A DNA stretch of 64,000 bases from Torpedo marmorata (Eukaryota), in the NCBI GenBank assembly GCA_977017645.1, contig OZ360222.1, positions 19,158,001 to 19,222,000 of the forward strand, read 5' to 3'. Each line of letters opens with the position of its first letter. Within the stretch, counting starts at the first letter, position 1. Made by a program: the position numbers and the translations under genes. The notes beneath the pieces were generated by a model that saw only the letters and a program-made list of their open reading frames with translations, was not told the origin of the DNA and did not search any database. This document shows, piece by piece, positions 1 to 12,150 of this stretch.

Positions 1-59
1 TGATCCCTTTATTCCCACCTTCTGTTTCCTGCCGATCAGCCAATGCTCTACCCATGCTA

Positions 60-266
60 GTACCTTTCCTGTAAATAGGAGACAGGAGTGGAAAGGTGAG
101 AATTGATCAGGGGAGGGGCGTGGCTCTGTGAATGAAAGGGAAAGAGAGAGAGAGAGACAAATCTGGAGGAAAGGAGACACAGGGATAGGGGAAGGGGAGA
201 GACGGGGTGGGGGTGGGGGGGGAGAGGGGGGAGACTAACGGAAACGGCAGAAGTCAATGTTAATGA
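60..266 (-). mobile_element. Penelope-like element 3' fragment
   Basis: ACTAACGGAAACGGCAGAAGTCAATGTTAATG plus a purine-rich stretch match the ORF end/3' UTR of the other PLE copies (e.g. near 18675, 59285, 61385). Confidence 0.65.
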
Positions 267-267
267 C

Positions 268-2063
268 CAGTGATGAAGTGTTTTGAGAGGCTCGTGTTGA
301 AGCATATCAGTTCCTGTCTGAGCAGCGACATGGATCCTTTCCAATTCGCCTATTGTAGCAACATGTCTACGGCGGACGCCATCTCACTGGCCCTACACAA
401 AACCCTGGAACACCTGGACAGCGAAGATGCATACATCAGGATGCTCTTTATCGATACAGTTCGGCATTTAACACCATCTTTTGTGGCTTGGCTTCACGAA
501 CAAAGATCCAGGAAGGATCGTAGACATGGGCATGTCCTTCGAGCCTGCACAATGGATTTTTTAGGTGGAGTGCAGTGTGTGCAGTTCTGGCCCCACCCTT
601 TACACCCGGGGTTTATCTGCCCCGGCCTAGCAAGCTAGGACAGTGACAGCCAGGTCCTCGGGTCGTAGGTGTTACGTCGGAGTGTCCTTCTCCTAGATGG
701 ATGGCCTGACGAGGCTAACGAGCCTCATCTGCCCAGGTTTGAAATCAGAGTTTTCCTTCTCTTAGACTGGTTGCCAACCAAGGCTACTGAGCCCAGCCGA
801 CCCATCCAGTTATACCGCCGGACAATCAGTCGCGCCATGACATAGAAAACTCAGTGAAAACGGGGGGCACCACGAGAAGGTGTTGCTACGGACGCAGTAA
901 TGTAGGAGAGGCCATTTGCAGTGACCTCCTGCCTGGCAAGCCGGACAGTGGCCACGCGGCGATCACTAAACCGAGAAAGGAGAGGCGATGTATTACGCTT
1001 GCACTTTCCCTGGGTGAGCGGGACATCAGGCCCAGACCTCACCCGCCCCCCACTCCATTAACACCATCATCACCTCAAAATCGATCTGCAAACTCCAAGA
1101 CCTGGGACTTAACACCCCACTGTGTAATTGGATCCTGGATTTACTCACCTCCAGACCACAATCAGTGAGGATTGGTAAGAACATCTCCTCCACGGTAGTG
1201 GGTTGTATAAAAAGGAGCGATAAGTCAGCATAAGTCAGGGAGGTTGAAAACTTGGCCGAATGATGCACCAACAACAACCTTACACTCAATGTCACCAAAA
1301 CCAAGGAGCTGATTATTGACTTCAGGAAGGAAAAAAACAGAGGTGTACAATCCAGTGATCATTAAGGGATTAGAGATGGAGAGGGTGAGCAAATTTAAGT
1401 TCTTGGGAGTCACTATCTCGGAGGATCTTTCCTGGACCCAACACACAAATGGCATCGTGAAGAAAGCACGTCAGCGCCTCTACTTCCTCAGGAGTTTGAG
1501 GAGGTTTGATATGACATCAGAAACCCTTCCAAATTTCTACAGATGTGTGGTGGAAAGTGTGCTGACCGGCTGCATCACGGTCTGGTATGGGAACACCAAT
1601 GCCCCTGAGCGTAAAGCCCTGCAAAAGCTTGTGGACACAGCCCAGGACATCACTGGTAAAACCCTCTCAACCATCGAGATCATCTACAGGGAACGCTGCC
1701 GTCGGAGAGCAGCAGCAATCATCAAAGATCCACACCACCCAGCACACGCTCTGTTCTCGCTGCTGCCATCACGAAAGTGGTATAGGTGCCACAAGATTCG
1801 CACCATCAGGTTCAGGAACAGCTGCTACCCCTCCACCATCAGACTCCTCAACAACAAACTCAATCAGGGACTTATTTAAGGACTCTTTTCGCAATTTGCA
1901 ATTTATTGATTTTTTTCTCTCTCTCTGAATTGCAGAGTCGGTTTGTTTACATTTCTTTATTTGTTTACATGTGTACGTGGAGTCCGTTTTTTTTGCACTG
2001 CCAATAAATGGTAATTCTGCCTCGCCGATGTCATATATGTACTCTGACAATAAATCTGAAATC
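268..2063 (+). mobile_element. Rex1/Babar-clade LINE, 5'-truncated, split by an insertion at 479-1057
   Basis: RT peptides [36 protein letters not shown]-terminal KARQRLYFLRSLRRF..FYRCVVESVLTGCITVWYG; 3' tail AATAAATCTGAAATCT; frameshifts and an internal deletion. Confidence 0.9.
479..1057 (-). mobile_element. Non-autonomous RTE-derived (5'UTR + 3' end) retroelement
   Basis: Exact 11-bp TSD TTAACACCATC (468-478, 1058-1068); RTE-type 5'UTR motif GGCAACCAGTCTAAGAGAAGGAAAACTCTGATTTCAAACC on the minus strand; ends GAAGCCAAGCCACAAAA; no ORF. Confidence 0.75.
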
Positions 2064-2545
2064 TAATGCCATCCGGTTGGAGGGTGCCCAGACGGAATAT
2101 TAGGTGTTGTTCCTCCAATTTGCAGTTGGTCTCAGTCTGGCAGTGCATGAGGCCATGGACAGACATGTTGATATGGGAATGGGTGGCGGAATTTTAATGG
2201 GTGGCCACTGGGAGATCCACGCTATTGCGGCGGACAGAGCTGAGGTGCTCAACGAAGCGATCTCCCAGTCTGCGTCCAGTCTCTCCGATGTAGAGGAGAC
2301 CACAACAGGAGCACAGGATGCAGTAGATGACCCCTGCAGATTCACAAGTGAAGCATTGCTTCACTTGGAAGGACTGTTTGGAGCCCCGAATGGTGGTGAA
2401 GGAGGAGGGGTGGGCGCAAGTGGAGCGTTTCCTGTGGTCACAGGGTTCGGTGCCAAGGTGGCAATTAGTGGAAGGGATGAGTGGACAAGGGAGTCATGGA
2501 GCAAACGGTTCTTACGGAAGGCGGAGAGGGGAAGATGTGTCTGGT
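2064..2545 (-). mobile_element. Penelope-like element fragment (GIY-YIG region)
   Basis: Translates to ..KLEEQHLIFRLGTLQPDGI, homologous to 3432-3881. Confidence 0.85.
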
Positions 2546-2637
2546 CTGGATATATGTATACGGTTATATATCTTTACCTCCTGTGAACAGGGAGGAAGTG
2601 GGGGGCTGGAGAAGCCAGAAGGGGGAGAGGGGATTAA

Positions 2638-2745
2638 AGTAAAAAACACAAATGCTGGAGAAACTCAGCAGGTCAAACAGTGTCTTTTATGTAGCAAAGG
2701 TAGAAATACATAACTGACGTTTCGGGCTTGAGCCCTTCATCAAAG
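2638..2745 (-). mobile_element. Solitary Penelope pseudo-LTR fragment with hammerhead motif
   Basis: Near-identical to 3123-3233; contains the reverse complement of TTGATGAAGGGCTCAAGCCCGAAACGTC (2716-2743). Confidence 0.8.
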
Positions 2746-2747
2746 GC

Positions 2748-3122
2748 CAGAGAGGGGAGGTGGCAGGCAGGGAAGGTCAGAGGGGGGAGGTGGAAGGCAG
2801 GGAGGTCAGAGGGTGGACGTGGAGGGTAGGGCACGTCAGAGGGGGGAGGTGGCAGGCGGGGAGGTCAGAGGGTGGACGTAGAGGGTAGGGCATGTCAGAG
2901 GGAGGAAGAGTCAGGCAGGGGAGGTCGGAGGGGGAGGCGGCAGGCGGGGAGGTCAGAGGGGGGAGGCAGCAGGCAGGGAGGTCAGAGGGAGAGGTGGGGG
3001 TTAGGTGAGGTCAGAAGGGGGAGGTGGGGGCAGGGGAAGTCAGATGGGTAGGTGGCAGGCAGGGGAGGGCAGAGGGGGGAAGTGGAGGGTAGGGGAGGCC
3101 AGAGGGAAGAGGTCAGAGGTGG
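2748..3122. repeat. G-rich minisatellite (~28-bp unit GGCAGGGGAGGTCAGAGGGGGGAGGT)
   Basis: Visible tandem units; resumes at ~4905-4960 after the PLE. Confidence 0.85.
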
Positions 3123-4902
3123 TAGTAAAAACACAAAGCTGGAGAAACTCAGCAGGTCAAGCAGTGTCCTTTACATAGCAAAGGTAAAATTACATAACCG
3201 ACGTTTCGGGCTTGAGTCCTTCATCAAGGTATGGAAAAATGTCAGCAGGCATCCGAATAAAAGAGTGGGGGGGGAGGGGTGGTTGCAAAGGCAGGAGGTG
3301 ATAGGTGGAGAAGGGAGAGAGGGGACAGCAATGATCAAGGGGAGGTAGGATGGCTAGGTGAAGGGAGGGGGAAGGGAGTGAGGAGAACTGGAAAGGGGAA
3401 GGGAAGGGGGGAGGGGGAAGAGGAGAGCAGGTTAGCAGAAACTGGAAAAGTCTATGTTAATGCCATCCGGCTGGAGAGTGCCAAGACGGAAAATCAGGTG
3501 TTGTTCCTCCAATTTGTGGGTGGTCTTGGTGGGACAGTACATGAGGCCATGGACAGACATGTGAGTATGGGAGTGTGACACAGAACTGAAATGGTTGGCT
3601 ACTGGGAGGTCTCTGTCACTGGTGCGGACAGAGCGAAGGTGCTCAGCGAAGTGATCCCCCAGTCTGCGCCCAGTCTCTCCGATGTAGAGAAGCCCACAAA
3701 GGGAGCACTGAATGCAGTAAATCAGTCCTGCGGATACACAAGTGAAGTGTAGCTTCACTTGAAAGGCCTGTTTGGGGCCCCAGACCGTGGTGAGGGAGGA
3801 GGTGTGGGCGCAAGTGTTGCACCTCCTGCGGCCACAGGGGAAGGTGCCGGGGGTGCGGTGGGTGGGGAGGGATGAGTGCACGAGGGAGTCACGGAGGGAG
3901 CGGTCCCTACGGAAGGCCGAGAGGGGAGAAGAAGGAAAAATGTGTCTGGTGGTGGGATCCTGTTGTTATTACCGGAAATTCCGGCGGATAATGTGTTGGA
4001 TGCGGAGGCTGGTGGGGTGGTAGGTGAGGATGAGGGGGATTCTATGTTTGTTGCGTCTGGGGGCAGAGGGGGCCAGGGCAGATGAGCGGGAAATGGGGGA
4101 GATGCTGAGTTGATGGTGGCGGAGGGGAAGCCATGTTTGTGGAAAAAGGCAGACATTTCAGAAGATCTGGACTGGAAGACCTCATCTTGGGAACAGATGC
4201 GGTGGAGACAGAGAAATTGAGAGAAGGGGATGGAATCCTTGCAGGGGCCAGGGTGTGAGGAAGTGTAGTCAAGGTAGTTGTGGGAGTTAGTGGGTTTGTA
4301 ATATATGTCGGTGGTAAGTTTGTCTCCCGAGATGGAGACAGAGAGATCCAGGAAGGGGAGAGTGTTATCGGAGATGGACCAGGTGAGTTTGAGATTGGGG
4401 TGGAAGTTGGATGCGAAGTGGATGAAGTTGACAAGCTCATCGCGGGTGCATGAGGCAGCCCCGATGTAGTCATCGATATACCGGAGGAAGAGTTGAGGAG
4501 TCTTGCCCGTGTAGACTTGCAGCATGGATTGCTCCACAAAGCCCACAAACAGGCAGGCGTAGCTGGGACCCATGCGGGTACCCATGGCTACTCCTTTGAT
4601 TTGGAGGAAGTGAGAGGAGTTGAAGGAGAAGTTGTTTAAAGTGAGGACAAGTTCTGCCAGGTGAAGGAGGGTGGTGGTAGAGGGTGACTGGTCGGGTCTC
4701 TGGTCCAGAAAGAAGCGAAGTGCTTTAAGACCTTCTGTATGGGGGATTGGACGTCCATCGTGAAAATGAGGCGGTCCAGTTTGGGGAATCTGAAGTCGTT
4801 GAAGAGATGTAGGGCATGTGAGGTATTGTGGATGTAGGTGGGGAGGGATTGGACCAGGGGAGAAAAGATAGAGTCAAGGTAAGATGAAACTAGTTCGGTG
4901 GG
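3123..4902 (-). mobile_element. Penelope-like element (Neptune-type), RT + GIY-YIG, 5'-truncated, disrupted
   Basis: RT motifs TMDVQS, GVAMGTRMGPSYACLF, RYIDD; Cys linker CGRRRCNTC; GIY-YIG LIYCIQC..LLYIGETGRRL..EH..VANHF; pLTR with hammerhead at 3193-3233. Confidence 0.92.
3193..3233 (-). ncRNA. Minimal hammerhead ribozyme motif in PLE pLTR
   Basis: Sense: CAUACC-UUGAUGA-A-GGAC UCAA GCCC-GAAA-CGUC-GGUUAUG; one stem II mismatch. Confidence 0.7.
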
Positions 4903-6212
4903 GATGGTCAGTGGCGGAAGGTGGCAGGCAGGGGAGGTCAGAGTTGGAAGGGTGGGGGGGGGGGGAATGAGAGGGTCTGATGGACAAGGGGGTGGGAAGA
5001 AAGGGGGAGCTGAAAGGAGTAGACGGGGGGGGGGGGTGAGCAGGGAGAGGTGTGAGGGGATAGGGAAGGGCAAGGAGGGGTGTGGGGGAGAGGACCCTGT
5101 GGGATCCAGCAGCGAAGGTGCCAGCCGAGGCTGGTGAGGGAACAGCCGACGGACTCCGTCCTCCAGCGCTTGTGCCTTGTTACCCACCATCACAGCCTCT
5201 GCAGGCTTTCGTGCTTCACTGCCCCCCTTACTTTCCTCACCGGACAGGTGACCAGGTCGGGAAGAGCGTAGCTGAGCTGCCTCACAGACGCCGGCACCCG
5301 CGGGGTTAACAGCTCGCACACGCTGCCGTGCTGTTCCTCTGCAGGCTGGTGACGGCGTTCCTGCTACAGTGACTTTCAACTCTGGCTCAGGGGAATCATT
5401 GAAGGTCGAGTGCTTTCACAGATTTCATCCAGGCGGTGTTTCCACACACACACACACAGACAAGTAACTCCCAAACCCCCCCCCAAGTTCATGAGATCCC
5501 CAGCTAAGGTCAGCCATGCAATGTTTCCAATTTATTGACAATGCATTTTCTAATTAGACTTCTCATCTGGTTGTAAAACTTTGATTAAGATCTGTTGGAT
5601 TTGAAACATCATCCCTCTCTCTCCCTGTAGTGGCGTTTCTACCTCCCTGGGCGCCGCGATGGGAGATCCAACAACGTCACGGAACAGAGTCTCCAGAATT
5701 TTTTCAAACAATTTCTATTCTGGGAATTGATGCCAGGAATAGCCCATCAGCCTACAACAGAGAGAGAGAGAGAGAGAGAGAGAGCAGCGTCAAAGAGAAA
5801 TCAACTCACGTCGAGGGACTGGAACGAGAGGAAAGAGGAGCAAGGGTCGAACATTTCTCTCTCTCCCCCCCGCCCCCCGCAGGTGAACGAAGTGTCCGAG
5901 AATCCAGCGAGACGCCACGGATCTCTGCCCAGCACTGGTCCACCTTTGAGAATCACCTTTTATGGCATGGTAGGTCGGTGGATTTGTTTATTTCCAAAAT
6001 AACTTTTTTTTGTAGGGAGAGCCAGAATGTGTATCTTGCGGTAGGAACGTTATTTTATACATAAAATGTGTTTGTTTTTGTTTCTAAAGAGGAAATCAAG
6101 CTGGTTCTGAATTGCAACATTGGAATTGCACTGACGTGGGTTGGGGCAGGTTGATTTATTGGGGAGGTTTTTTTTTTGGTTGTTTGATGGAGCAGAAGTC
6201 CCGGGTTAACTG

Positions 6213-6660
6213 GGAGAAGGAAGGAAGGGGAAGAGGGGGGCGGGGGGAGGAAGGGGAAGAGGGGGGCGGGGGGAGGAAGGGGAAGAGGGGGGAGGAAGGG
6301 GAAGAGGGGGGAGGAAGGGGAAGAGGGGGGAGGAAGGGGAAGAGGGGGGAGGAAGGGGAAGAGGGGGGAGGAAGGGGAAGAGGGGGGAGGAAGGGGAAGC
6401 GGGGGGAGGAAGGGGAAGAGGGGGGAGGAAGGGGAAGAGGGGGGAGGAAGGGGAAGAGGGGGGAGGAAGGGGAAGAGGGGGGAGGAAGGGGAAGAGGGGG
6501 GCGGGGGGAAGCGGGGGGAGGAAGGGGAAGAGGGGGGCGGGGGGAGGAAGGGGAAAAGGGGGAAGAGGAGGAGGGGGAGGGGAAGAGGAGGAGGGGGAAG
6601 GGGGAAGGGAAGGAAGGGAAGGAAGGGAAGGGGGAAAGGGAAGGAGGGGGAAAGGGGGGA
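6213..6660. repeat. Polypurine minisatellite (19-bp unit GGGGGGAGGAAGGGGAAGA)
   Basis: Direct reading. Confidence 0.9.
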
Positions 6661-6874
6661 GACCCTCGCTGTTGGGCGGCGAGGCTGTGCGCTGGGTCCG
6701 GTTACATTTCAAGCACAGGAGCCGCCGGCAGGAAATCCACGTCGGGGTTGTACCGTGTCCTGGTCGAATGAATGGCACCGGTGGCCGCGACGGATGGTGG
6801 CCGCAGTGGTAGTCTGGGTCTGCCCGGCTCCTGGCCCGCTTTGAGCGTGGCTTATTACTCCGGGGTTGGACTCG

Positions 6875-7440
6875 ATCCTGACCCGGTTACTGCTCCTGTT
6901 CTAGTCCAGGGCCTGACCCGGTTACCGCTCCGGTTCTAGTTTATCTCTCCTGTTTTAGTCCCGGTCCTGACCCAGATTATTGCTCCGGTTCTGGACTCGG
7001 TTATTGCTGCGGTTCCAGTCCGGCTCCTGAGCCAAGTTATTGCACTGGTTTTTAGCGCGGATCCCGCCCTGATCATTGCACTGGTTCTCGTCCCGGTTCC
7101 GGCAATGGCCATTGCACCGGGTCTGATCCCGGTCCCGGTCATTGCACCGGATCTGGTCCCAGTTCCGGCCCTGGTCATTGCACCGGGTCTGGCCCTGGTA
7201 AATTGCACCGGTTCTAGTCCCGGCCATTACACCGGGTCTGGTCCCGGTTATTGCACCAGTTGTGGTCCCGGCCCTGGTAAATTGCACCGGTTCTAGTCCC
7301 GGCCATTACACCGGGTCTGGTCCCGGTTATTGCACCAGTTGTGGTCCCGGCCCTGCTCATTGCACCGGTTCTGGTCTGGACCCCGGTCATTGGACCGGTT
7401 CTGATCCCGGACACGGCCCTGCTCATTGCACCGGGCTCCG
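6875..7440. repeat. Degenerate CpG-rich tandem repeat (core CATTGCACCGGTTCTGGTCCCGG), with an exact 79-bp duplication
   Basis: Repeated units of about 18-30 bp; the same sequence starts at 7191 and 7270. Confidence 0.85.
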
Positions 7441-8335
7441 TACCGAATCGAGCCGGAATCCAGTCGGCTCCCAGCCGCTGCTCCAGGCTCCTGGGGCTGG
7501 CTGCTGGTGCCTTCGGGGAAGCTTGTGGGTGGAATTGCAGCGTTCCGGGAATGTTCCATGACGCACGGTGTCCGGGGAATAACACTGGCACCAATGCAGA
7601 TCTTGTGCCTGCGTTACCCCGCCCCGCACCCTTGCGGATTCACCCTCCCATTCAGCGAGGGGGTCACCAGCCTTTCCACTGCCGACTTGTTTGGAGGGCC
7701 TTTGCTGTTTGCATGTCCCTCCATCCCCGCCAGCTGTGGCGGATTTGCTCGCAGGATCTGCAGCTGGGTGGAACTGCTTGACTCGGGGATATCCCCAGGG
7801 TTAGAAGATCAATATGGGAGTTTGGAGATTCCCCGTCAGGGAAGAACACACACAGAACGCTGCTTTATTTCAGGGTTACAACAGGGCGTCCGATGTTGGA
7901 GGCATGCGCTTTATATTTCTCCAGCGGAAGAAGGCCATAATTTTACACTTTTAAAACATTTCAGGGTCAGATCACTGTCTCTCTTCCAGAAACAGTGGGA
8001 GAGTGGGAAGGCTGGACATTTGGGAGTGGTTAGGAAAGGGGTTTTTTTTTTGTTTTTATTTTTGCATTGCTAGTAAAATTGGAATGGGTAGAGTTTACTG
8101 TCATATCCTTAAGTACAATGTACGGACATTCTCACTTGCTGCAGACACAGGGGTAGGTGAGGTGAGCTGGCGCAAAGCAGAGGGACTGAATGGCCTCCTT
8201 TTGATACTGTTGCCCGTAGTTGGTCATCACCCTGGAAATGTTTGATCTGCCTCTGAGCAATTTATGACAGGAGGCCATTCAGCCCATTGTGCCAAAACAA
8301 TTCCCAGCTCTTGGTTGTTATCCTGGCAGATTGTG

Positions 8336-8500
8336 NNNNNNNNNNNNNNNNNNNNNNNNNNNNNNNNNNNNNNNNNNNNNNNNNNNNNNNNNNNNNNNNN
8401 NNNNNNNNNNNNNNNNNNNNNNNNNNNNNNNNNNNNNNNNNNNNNNNNNNNNNNNNNNNNNNNNNNNNNNNNNNNNNNNNNNNNNNNNNNNNNNNNNNNN
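8336..8500. other. Assembly gap (N run)
   Basis: Ns, next to a GT-rich repeat. Confidence 1.
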
Positions 8501-10378
8501 AGTGTGTATGGGGTTTGTGTATGTGTAAGTGTGTGTGGTGTAAGTTTGTGTGGAGTGAGTGTGCGTGGATTGAGTGTGTGTGGAGTATAAGAAACAAGGT
8601 TAGTGAACTTGAGGCGCAAATCGGTACCTAGGCATATGATTTAGTGGCCATCACAGAAACGTGGCTACAAGATGACCATGATTGGGAATTAAACTTTCAA
8701 GGGTATCAGGTAGTACGAAAGGATAGACAGGACGGTAAGGGAGGAGGTGTGACGCTCTTAATCAAGGATGAGTTCAAGGCAATAGTGAGAGATGATATAA
8801 GATCTAAGGAACAAAATGTTGAGTCCATCTGGGTGGAGATTAAGAATAACAAAGGGAAAAAATCACTGGTGGTTGTTGTCTATTGCCCACTAAATAACAA
8901 TAGTACAGTGGCACAGGCAATAAACAGAGATAAGTGAGGCATGTAAGAATGGAACGGCAGTTGTCGTGGGGGACTTTAACTACCACGTAGATTGGGAAAA
9001 TCAAGTTGGTCGCGGGAGTCTGGAAGAAGACTTCATAGAATGCATCCGTGATAGCTTTCTTGCTTTCTTGAGCAGCATGTTAAGGAACCAACAAGAGTGA
9101 ATGCTATTTTGGATCTAGTATTGTGCAATGAGATAGGTAGAGTAAATGATGTAATAGTTAGGGACCCTCTTGGAAATAGCGATCATAGTATGATTGAATT
9201 TCTCATACAAATGGAAGGGGAAATAGTTAGATCTAAAACTAATGTATTATGCTTAAACAGGGGAGACTATCACAGGATGAGGGAGGAATTGGTCAGCGTG
9301 GACTGGGAGCACAAGCTAGTTGGTAGAACAGTTGAGGAACAGTGGAAGATTTTCAAGGAGATTTTTCACAATGCTCAACAAAAATATATTCCAGTTAAGA
9401 ATAAGGGCAGCAAGAGAGGGAAGAGACAGCCATGGTTAACTAAGGAAATAAAGGAGAGTATAAAATTAAAAGCTCAGGTGTACAAAGTTGCAAAGAGTAG
9501 TGGGAAACTGGAAGATTGGGAAAACTTTAAAAGACAACAAGGGACAACAAAGCGGGTAATAAGAAAGGGGAGAAAGGATTATGAAGGTAAATTGGCACAA
9601 AATATAAAAACAGATAGCAAAAATGTTTATAAATATATAAAACGGAAGAGGGTGGCTAGAGTTAACATAGGACCCTTGGAAGATGAGAAGGGGAAATTGA
9701 TATTGAATAATGAGGAAATGGCCGAGGCCTTGAACAAATATTTTGTGTCAGTCTTCACGGTGGAAGACACGTCCAGCATGCCAAAGAGTGGAGATAGCGA
9801 TGCGAATGTTGGTGAAGGCCTTGATAAAATAGTTGTTACAAAGGAGATAGTGATGAACAAACTAATGGGACTAAAGCCGGACAAATCCCCTGGTCCTGAT
9901 GAAAAGCATCCCAGGGTTCTGAGGGAAATGGCAGAAGTTAAAGTCGATGCATTGGTGGTCATATACCAAAATTCTCTGGATTCTGGGCAGGTCCCGGCAG
10001 ATTGGAAGACAGCAAATGTCGCGCCACATTTTAAGAAGGGATGTAGGCAGAAGACTGGGAACTATCGGCCAATTAGCTTAACGTCTATAGTTGGGAAAAT
10101 GCTTGAAGCTGTCATTAAGGATGAAATAGTGAGACATTTAGAACGAAAGGGTTCAATCAGGCAGATGCAGCATGGGTTTAGGAAGGGCAGATCTTGTTTG
10201 ACAAACTTGTTAGAGTTCTTTGAGGACATAATGGGTGCAGTAGATAGAGGGGAACAGGTTGATGTTGTATATTTGGATTTCCAGAAAGCGTTTGATAAGG
10301 TGCCACACAAGAGACTTATCAGTACGTTACAGGTGAATGGAGTCCAGGGAAGTATATTGGCATGGATTGAGGATTGGT

Positions 10379-12150
10379 ACAAGTCACGTCAAGTCACCTT
10401 TATTTGTCGTTCATTACCATATACACAGTAAGACGAGATAGCGTTTCTCCAGGACCATGGGCAGATGTACATAAATATCATAATACAATAGAAAAACTAT
10501 AACATGCTAATACGCATATATATCTAGGAATTGAGGAGCCTGATGGCTTGGGGGAAAAAACTTGCACAGTCTGGACGTGTGAGCCTGAGTGCTTTGGTAC
10601 CTCCTTCCAGATGGCAAAGGGGAGAACAATTTACCAAAGGGGTATGATAAGTCCTTCATATGTTTTTAGCCTTCCTCATGCATCGTGTGTTGTAAATGTC
10701 TGTCATGGTGGGGAGAGAGACTTCAATAATTTTCTCCGCTGCCCTCACTATCCTCTGCAGGGTCTTTCGGTCTGAGGTGGTACAGTTTCCAAACCAAGCG
10801 GTGATGCAATTGTTCAGAATACTCTCAATGCATCCCCTGTAGAATGTAGTAAGGATAGGGGGTGGGAGATGAACTTTCCTCAGTCTTCGCAGGAAGTAAA
10901 GACGCTGCTGGGCTTTCTTGACTATGGAACTGGTGTTTAGGGACCAGCTGAGACTCTCCACCAAATGCACTCCAAGAAACTTGGTACTCTTTACGACCTC
11001 AACGGTAGAGCCGTCCATGGTCAAAGGAGAATGATCCCCCCAGGCCCTTCTGAAGTCGACAACCAACTCTTTTGTTTTGTTCACGTTCAGCTGCAGGTTG
11101 TTGTTTCCGCACCATTCCATTAGCGACTGCACCTTATCTCTGTATGCTGACTCATCGCCCACCACGGTTGTATCATCAGCAAACTTATGATGTGATTCAA
11201 GCTGTGTTTTGCTGCACAGTCATGAGTCAGCAGAGTGAACAGCAATGGACTAAGCACACAGCCCTGGGGAGCCCCCGTGCTCAATGTAATGACCTTGGAA
11301 GTGCTGTTTCCAATCCGGACTGCCTGAGGTCTTCCTGTCAGGAAGTCTAGGATCCAATTACAGAGGGTGTAGCTTTGGCCCAGCCCCCTCAACTTCCCTA
11401 TCAGGTACTGAGGTATGATCGTGTTGAATGCCGAGCTGAAGTCAATAAACAGCATTCGGACATACGCGTCCTTATTTTCCAGGTGGGTGAGGGCTAGGTG
11501 GAGGGTGGTAATGATGGCATCATCTGTGGAGCGGTTTGATCTTTATGCGAACTGCAGGGGGTCCAGTGAGGGGGGCAGCAGAAGCTTGATGTGCCTCATG
11601 ACGAGCCTCTTCATGACGGTAGATGTGAGTGCGACAGGGCGGTAGTCATTGAGGCAGGACACCGTCGACTTCTTCGGCACGGGGATGATGGTAGTGGCTT
11701 TGAAGCACGTTGGAACCACGGCACTGGTCAGGGAGATGTTAAAGATGTCGGTGAGAACATCAGCCAGCTGGGCCACACATCCCCCGAGCACTCTGCCGGG
11801 AATGTTATCTGGCCCAGCAGCTTTCTGTGGGTTAACCTTGCTTAACACTCTCCTCACGTCGGCCACTGTGAAACACAGCACCTGATCATTTGGAGGAGGG
11901 GTTGTCTTCTTTGCCACTACATCATTTTTTGCCTCAAAATGCGCGTAGAAGTTGTTCAGTGCATCTGGGAGGGAGGCATCACCAGCACAGTCAGATGGTG
12001 TAGTCTTGTGGTTAGTGATATCTTGAATGCCCTTCCACATGCGTCGCGTGTCCTTGCTGTCCTGAAAGTGACTGAATTCGCTGGGCCTGTGCACGCTTTG
12101 CCTCCCTGATGGCCTTAAACAGCTTGGCTCTTGTGATAGCTAAGGTTACC
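10379..12150 (-). mobile_element. Rex1/Babar LINE nested in CR1
   Basis: [57 protein letters not shown]; the host CR1 reads EDW|LSERRQRV across it. Confidence 0.92.

Larger units (their letters stand above)
5090..7800. promoter_or_regulatory. CpG-rich unique region, candidate CpG-island promoter/5' end of an unidentified gene
   Basis: CpG density visibly above flanks (5150-5360, 5650-5930, 6660-7800) and no TE insertions over ~3 kb in an otherwise TE-saturated window; no recognisable protein. Confidence 0.45.

Noticed and set aside
4636-5379. 247-aa ORF joining unique sequence to Penelope RT
   Set aside because: Read-through from a C-rich repeat into a truncated, frameshifted PLE.
6112-6778. 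219-aa and 190-aa low-complexity ORFs
   Set aside because: Translations of a 19-bp purine repeat.
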